Of a stretch of 38,891 nt of DNA, positions 34,561 to 38,891 are shown in pieces. The position numbers and the translations under genes are program-made. The stretch comes from Lactococcus garvieae. Lineage in GTDB: Bacteria; Bacteroidota; Bacteroidia; Bacteroidales; Bacteroidaceae. The notes below the pieces were generated by a model. That model was not told the DNA's origin, did no database searches, and saw only the letters and a program-made list of their open reading frames with translations. Numbering within the stretch: the first letter of the stretch is position 1; each line of letters starts with the position of its first letter. The stretch spans positions 1-38,891 of the forward strand of contig CAVGQS010000001.1 in assembly GCA_963631415.1 (NCBI GenBank), read 5' to 3'.

Positions 34561-36372
34561 CTACAGTGATTTCAATATGCTGATCAGTCGGTCGTTGTCC
34601 TCTTTGCTCCTCACCGCCAGGCGTATCAAATTGCGGCCCTCCATGTTGTGCTTGCGGCCGCAATTGGAAATGAGGACGTCGTTTTCTATCAAAGCTTGGG
34701 TCAATTCGGCAGAGGTGTACTTGGCAGTGACTTCACACAAGAAGTAGTTGGCCTGCGAAGGAATAACGCGCAGATAAGGTATCGCCTGCAGCTCCTTGAA
34801 GAACCGGTCGCGCTCCTCCACAAATTTGCCGCACGCCTTGTAGTAGTCCTTTTCGTACTTGCCGAAGATTTGCATGTAGAACTCGCCAAACGAGTTGATG
34901 TTCCAAATGCTCACTTCCTTTTTCATCCTTGCTATCAAGTCCATATCTGCCGTAGCAAAGACGCCAAGACGAAGGCCTGGCACGCCGTAGGACTTGGAAA
35001 TGGACCTCATCACCATCAGATGCCGGTGGGATGCAAGGATGTCGTTGTGCAGCAGGCTGTTGTTTTTATAATCGGAGGTGAAGTCCACGAAACTCTCGTC
35101 TACCAATATGGAGATGCCCTTGTCCTCACACCAGTCAACGAGTCTCAGGACATCAGGTTTTTGCATGAAGTGGCCGGACGGGTTGTCTGGATTGATCAGC
35201 AAAAGCAGCGAGATGCCCTTGTCGCCATAGAACGCCATCAAGTCGTCGGCAGTGTATGAATAGTCCTCTGTAGTGCAAACGTAGGGCACCAGCTGCGACT
35301 CTTTCAGCCTGTTAGGATATTCATCGAAGGTCGGGTAAATAACGCCAACCTTGCCGTCTGTGTGGCTCTCCATCACAACTTTTATGAGCTCAGCGGCGCC
35401 ATTGCCTACGACCACATAGTCCTGATTAATGCCAAAATATTTTCCTGCCAACAAGGAATTGACGTACATGCCGGACGGATAGTTCTCGAGCAGCGCATCA
35501 AAGTTGGCCTTGATTTCATCCTTCATCCTCTTGGTGGGGAAAAAAGGATTGACGAGGTAGCAGTAGTCCATCAGCTTCGGGAATCGCCAATATCCGCCAT
35601 ATCGGCGATGATATTCGTGGTATTTCACGGTGCCGTCAGAAAAGAGGCACGAGGCGATGTCCAAGTCTTGTATGTCGTCTATTTCGTACCACTTCTCGTT
35701 GTTTATGGGCAAAGCCTTGAGCTGGCTCTTGTGCAAGAGCGTCATCACTCTAAGCACTTCTTCATAGTACTCGTTGTCGCCCATCACCTTGCTGTATGCC
35801 TCGAGGAAGGGCACATACTGGTCGCGGCTGAATTCCTTGCTGAATTTGTAGATATTTACCGTCTTGTAGTAAATGTCCACGTCCTCATAGCGGAAAGCCT
35901 GTTTGGGGATGAAGTTGATGATATTGCGGTCGTCGTCTATGCGCACCATGGTGCCGTCCATCCAAGACTCATATTTTGCCACCAACGCCAGATTCTTGTC
36001 CGGGTGGTTAATCAGCATCTCCAGCATCCTGTCTTCAAAGATGAGGTCAGACTCCAGAAGAATCGTGTCGTCCTTGCACAGCTCCTCTTTTGCCAAAGAC
36101 AAAGAGTAGATGTTGTTTGTCTTGTCGTATATCGGATTGCTGATAAACTCTATGTTCAAAACGTCGTCGTACCGATGACCGATGTAATCCATCAGTTTCT
36201 GACCCTCATATCCTGCAACGATGACAAGACGCGTCAGATCGTATTTCGACAGTTGCGTGATAAACCGGTCTATCAGACGAACCCCGTTTACCTCAAGCAT
36301 GCACTTGGTGTTGTTCTTAGTCAATTCGCCAAGCCGCTTTCCCATGCCCGCCGCCAGTATTATAGCTTGCAT
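34561..36372 (-). CDS. fusion protein: LicC/PntC-like nucleotidyltransferase (N-terminal) + class I/II PLP aminotransferase-fold domain (HisC/CobD-like, C-terminal)
   Basis: N-terminal MQAIILAAGMGKRLG NTP-transferase signature. C-terminal NPDNPSG and PLP-lysine block SISKSYGVPGLRLG. 603 aa. AT-rich (23/60 G+C in 35401-35460 by hand count, against 39/60 in lepB line 36901-36960). Confidence 0.8.
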   Translation of the reverse strand: MQAIILAAGMGKRLGELTKNNTKCMLEVNGVRLIDRFITQLSKYDLTRLVIVAGYEGQKLMDYIGHRYDDVLNIEFISNPIYDKTNNIYSLSLAKEELCKDDTILLESDLIFEDRMLEMLINHPDKNLALVAKYESWMDGTMVRIDDDRNIINFIPKQAFRYEDVDIYYKTVNIYKFSKEFSRDQYVPFLEAYSKVMGDNEYYEEVLRVMTLLHKSQLKALPINNEKWYEIDDIQDLDIASCLFSDGTVKYHEYHRRYGGYWRFPKLMDYCYLVNPFFPTKRMKDEIKANFDALLENYPSGMYVNSLLAGKYFGINQDYVVVGNGAAELIKVVMESHTDGKVGVIYPTFDEYPNRLKESQLVPYVCTTEDYSYTADDLMAFYGDKGISLLLLINPDNPSGHFMQKPDVLRLVDWCEDKGISILVDESFVDFTSDYKNNSLLHNDILASHRHLMVMRSISKSYGVPGLRLGVFATADMDLIARMKKEVSIWNINSFGEFYMQIFGKYEKDYYKACGKFVEERDRFFKELQAIPYLRVIPSQANYFLCEVTAKYTSAELTQALIENDVLISNCGRKHNMEGRNLIRLAVRSKEDNDRLISILKSL

Positions 36373-36425
36373 ATATCGTCTATGTTGTTGTTTTCCTTAA
36401 AGTTGTATGGTTTCTTGGTGTTTGC

Positions 36426-37919
36426 CTACTTCATGTTGTCCACGCACCTGAACATACGGCTCCACCTTATCTTGCCGTCAAACCAGCCTCTGTCCTTGTC
36501 GAGCGAGAGCCACACGAAGATGGGCTTGCCCACTATGTGGTCTTCGGGCACGAAGCCCCAGAAGCGGCTGTCGGCAGAGTTGTCGCGGTTGTCGCCCATC
36601 ATCCAGTAGTAGTCCATCTTGAAGGTGTATTTGTCGGCAGGCTTGCCGTTGATCAGGACGCGGCCGCCCTTGGTCTCCACCTTGTTGCCTTCATACACCC
36701 TGATGCAGCGGTCGTAGAGGGCCAGGTTCTGCGGAGTGAGCCTGATGCTCGCGCCGCGCTTGGGAATCCACACGGGGCCGTACTCGTTGGCGGTCCAGCC
36801 CGTGTTGTAGGTGTGGGGATAGAGGGTGTAGCAGTCCACTTCTTCGCTCTTCTCTATCTTGGCCACGATGTCCTTGCGGGCTTCGAGCGCCTTCTTGGCC
36901 TTGGCGGTGAGCGGCATGCGCAGCACTGTTCCGTCTTCCGACACTACCTGGCTGCGGTCCTCCACGCTGATGCCGAGCTCGCGGCAGAGGTCGTCGGGCA
37001 GTCCCGTCTTGAGCGTCACGCGATAGCTGTACTGCACGTTCTTGGGCTGAAACATCTTCTTGCCGTCGGTATAGACAGCGCCTTTTGTTATCTTCAGAGT
37101 TTGTCCGGGCAGGCCCACGCACCTCTTCACGTAGTGCTCGCGCATGTCTACGGGGCGATACTTCAGTTTGCCCACCTCAGCCTCTTGAGACACGAGCATC
37201 TGCCTGCCCATGCCGTATTCCTCCTTGCTGAGCGCCAGCTGCTGGTCGATGGGCAGCGCCTTCGACTCGTTCACATAGTCGTCGAACGTCTTGCCCTGGT
37301 TTTGCGCCATCAGCATCTTGCCCACCTGGTAGCACTCGGTGTAGTAGTCCTGGTTCTGGTAGTTGGCAAGCACCGTGTCGCCCGACGGGTAGTTGAACAC
37401 CACGATGTCGCCCTGCTCCACTCTGCCCAGTCCCGCCACGCGCTCGTAGCCCCAGCTGATGAGCTCAGAGAAGCTGTTGCAGCCGAGCAGCGGCATGGTG
37501 TGGCTCGTCAGCGGCATGTGGATGGGGGTGAAGGGCTTGCGGGGGCCGTAGCTCACCTTGCTCACAAAGAGGTAGTCGCCCGTGAGCAGACTCTTCTCGA
37601 GCGACGAGGTGGGTATCACGTAGTTTTGGAACAAATACAGGTTGACGAAGTAGACCGCCACCAGCGCAAACACTATGGCGTCTACCCAGCTCATCAGGGT
37701 GCGCAGGGCAGGATTCTTGATGTTGCGCCACCAGCCCCAAGGTATCTTCTTGGTGATGTAGGCGTCGAAGATGAAGGGCACCACTATCAGGCCCCACCAG
37801 CTCCTCACCCACAGGCAGAACAACAGCCACACCACTATCACCACGCCGCACGTCACGCTCCTCTGGAGCAGGCTGCGCTCGGCCTTCTTCTTGCCGCCCC
37901 TTGCTTTTCTGAAGTTCAT
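36426..37919 (-). CDS. lepB: signal peptidase I
   Basis: S26 boxes: Ser box IPTSSLEKSLLTGDYLFVSK, Lys box YVKRCVGLPGQ, box E GDNRDNSADSRFWGFVPE. The ORF-track start 37928 is a TTG. The first ATG is 37919. Confidence 0.9.
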   Translation of the reverse strand: MNFRKARGGKKKAERSLLQRSVTCGVVIVVWLLFCLWVRSWWGLIVVPFIFDAYITKKIPWGWWRNIKNPALRTLMSWVDAIVFALVAVYFVNLYLFQNYVIPTSSLEKSLLTGDYLFVSKVSYGPRKPFTPIHMPLTSHTMPLLGCNSFSELISWGYERVAGLGRVEQGDIVVFNYPSGDTVLANYQNQDYYTECYQVGKMLMAQNQGKTFDDYVNESKALPIDQQLALSKEEYGMGRQMLVSQEAEVGKLKYRPVDMREHYVKRCVGLPGQTLKITKGAVYTDGKKMFQPKNVQYSYRVTLKTGLPDDLCRELGISVEDRSQVVSEDGTVLRMPLTAKAKKALEARKDIVAKIEKSEEVDCYTLYPHTYNTGWTANEYGPVWIPKRGASIRLTPQNLALYDRCIRVYEGNKVETKGGRVLINGKPADKYTFKMDYYWMMGDNRDNSADSRFWGFVPEDHIVGKPIFVWLSLDKDRGWFDGKIRWSRMFRCVDNMK

Positions 37920-37941
37920 CTGGACCAAAAGTTTTTCTTAC

Positions 37942-38694
37942 TTATTTGAACAGGTCGTCCATCGTGAGCAGTCCGCTGTGGTTGGCGGCATATTCGGCTG
38001 CCATCACGGCTCCAAGCACAAAGCCGCCTCTCGACTTGGCGCGGTGGGTTATCTCTATCTCGTCAAACTCGCTTGAGTAGGTGATGGTGTGGGTGCCCGG
38101 CACTTCGCCTTCCCTCACTGCGCTCACCACCAGCTGGTCGGGCTGGGCCTCGTCGGTGCCCTCCACTGTGCCGTCGGGCTTGCGCACCGTGCCCTTCACC
38201 CACGACTTCTTGGCGGGGTAGTTGTCGATGAGCGTTTCAGCCAGGGTGATGGCGGTGCCAGATGGGGCGTCGAGCTTGTGCACGTGGTGAATCTCCACCA
38301 TCTTGGGGTCGTAGTCGCCGTAGGGCGCCATCATCTGCGCCAGCCGCGCATTGAGCTGGTTGAACAGGTATACGCCGAGGCTGAAGTTGCTGCTCCAGAA
38401 CAGGGTGTGCTCGCCCCCGCGGCACATGCCGCAAATCTCGTCCATGTGCTCCTTCTGCCAACCGGTGCTGCCGGTCACCACCTTCACGCCGCGCTCAAAG
38501 CACTTCTTGATGTTGTCGTAGGCGGTCCACGGCGTGGTGAACTCTATCGCCACGTCGGCGGTCTTGAACTCTTTGCTGTCAAAGTCGCTCTGGTTGTCAA
38601 TGTCGATGATGCAAACCACCTTGTGGCCGCGCTCCACGGCCAGCTTCTCTATCATACGGCCCATCTTGCCGTAGCCTATCAATGCTATGTTCAT
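37942..38694 (-). CDS. dapB: 4-hydroxy-tetrahydrodipicolinate reductase
   Basis: MNIALIGYGKMGRMI Rossmann start at the internal ATG 38694. DapB signature EIHHVHKLDAPSGTA. 22 nt upstream of lepB. Confidence 0.9.
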   Translation of the reverse strand: MNIALIGYGKMGRMIEKLAVERGHKVVCIIDIDNQSDFDSKEFKTADVAIEFTTPWTAYDNIKKCFERGVKVVTGSTGWQKEHMDEICGMCRGGEHTLFWSSNFSLGVYLFNQLNARLAQMMAPYGDYDPKMVEIHHVHKLDAPSGTAITLAETLIDNYPAKKSWVKGTVRKPDGTVEGTDEAQPDQLVVSAVREGEVPGTHTITYSSEFDEIEITHRAKSRGGFVLGAVMAAEYAANHSGLLTMDDLFK

Positions 38695-38763
38695 TGTTGT
38701 GTTTTTTATTACTTTATTGCCTTTTTGTTGCAGTGCGCAACATTTCATTCTACAAAAATATAA

Positions 38764-38771
38764 CAAAATTA
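38764..38771 (-). promoter_or_regulatory. candidate -7 box TAATTTTG upstream of dapB
   Basis: TAnnTTTG match 70 nt upstream of ATG 38694. Confidence 0.5.
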
Positions 38772-38805
38772 AGACTCCACTAAATTTTTCCCCTTTTTTT
38801 ATTGT

Positions 38806-38821
38806 TGCTGTCCGCTAAAAC
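38806..38821 (+). repeat. TGCTGTCCGCTAAAAC motif copy
   Basis: Exact 16-mer. A second TGCTGTCCGC lies 43 nt further on (38849-38858), at the edge of repeat copy C. Confidence 0.8.
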
Positions 38822-38848
38822 TCAAGCGAACCACCTATTATAAACGGT

Positions 38849-38891
38849 TGCTGTCCGCACCACACTTCAAAGTTATAAAGTAGGACTTAAA
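38849..38891. repeat. partial copy C (outer end of an arm, inverted) of the palindromic repeat
   Basis: The reverse complement of the last 26 nt of the window (TTTAAGTCCTACTTTATAACTTTGAA) is identical to 27000-27025. Similarity continues, degraded, for about 15 nt. The window ends inside the element. Confidence 0.85.

Noticed and set aside
1-38891. Both ends lie in the same repeat family: could the window be a circular plasmid or an excised element?
   Set aside because: The content is core chromosomal (tyrS, dapB, lepB, nadA, fabG, T9SS core), with no replication, partition or mobilisation genes. The ends do not overlap as a direct repeat. An assembly break at a multi-copy palindrome is the simpler explanation.

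Overview
This is a GC-rich Bacteroidota (Bacteroidales-like) chromosomal segment. It is probably a whole assembly contig, because both window edges fall inside copies of one palindromic repeat family. All family calls rest on motif reading by eye; I could not run BLAST, HMM or RNA-folding searches.

I support about 30 protein genes.
- Housekeeping: tyrS, fabG with a TetR regulator, an RluA-type pseudouridine synthase, nadA, and dapB-lepB.
- Regulation: an ECF sigma / anti-sigma / DUF4252 module.
- Envelope: an NhaD-like transporter, an HGSNAT-like acyltransferase, a phosphoethanolamine-transferase-like enzyme and an acyltransferase-3.
- Type IX secretion: a complete core operon porP-porK-porL-porM-porN, plus a separate 1340-aa T9SS cargo protein (papain-like peptidase, 2 LamG and 3 PKD domains, C-terminal sorting domain).

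Three visibly AT-richer accessory islets interrupt this background.
- A tightly coupled type II restriction-modification pair (9926-12017).
- A rhuM + DUF1016/YhcG nuclease pair (27203-29347).
- A two-gene cassette at the 3' end of the dapB-lepB transcription unit (33508-36372): a LicC-like nucleotidyltransferase fused to a PLP aminotransferase-fold domain, plus an opine-dehydrogenase-family gene.

I saw no tRNA, rRNA, CRISPR array, integrase or transposase, and I found no convincing new multi-gene system. The most unusual non-coding signal is a multi-copy compound palindrome with 21-22-nt phased GTCCGC / AAGTCC units. Members of this family or their motif copies sit beside the two islets above that lack any mobility gene, next to intergenic terminators, and at both window edges.

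The best leads are this repeat family, the fusion + opine-dehydrogenase cassette, and a ComEA-like HhH domain fused to a predicted outer-membrane beta-barrel. The many long antisense ORFs in the track are high-GC shadow frames and were rejected.
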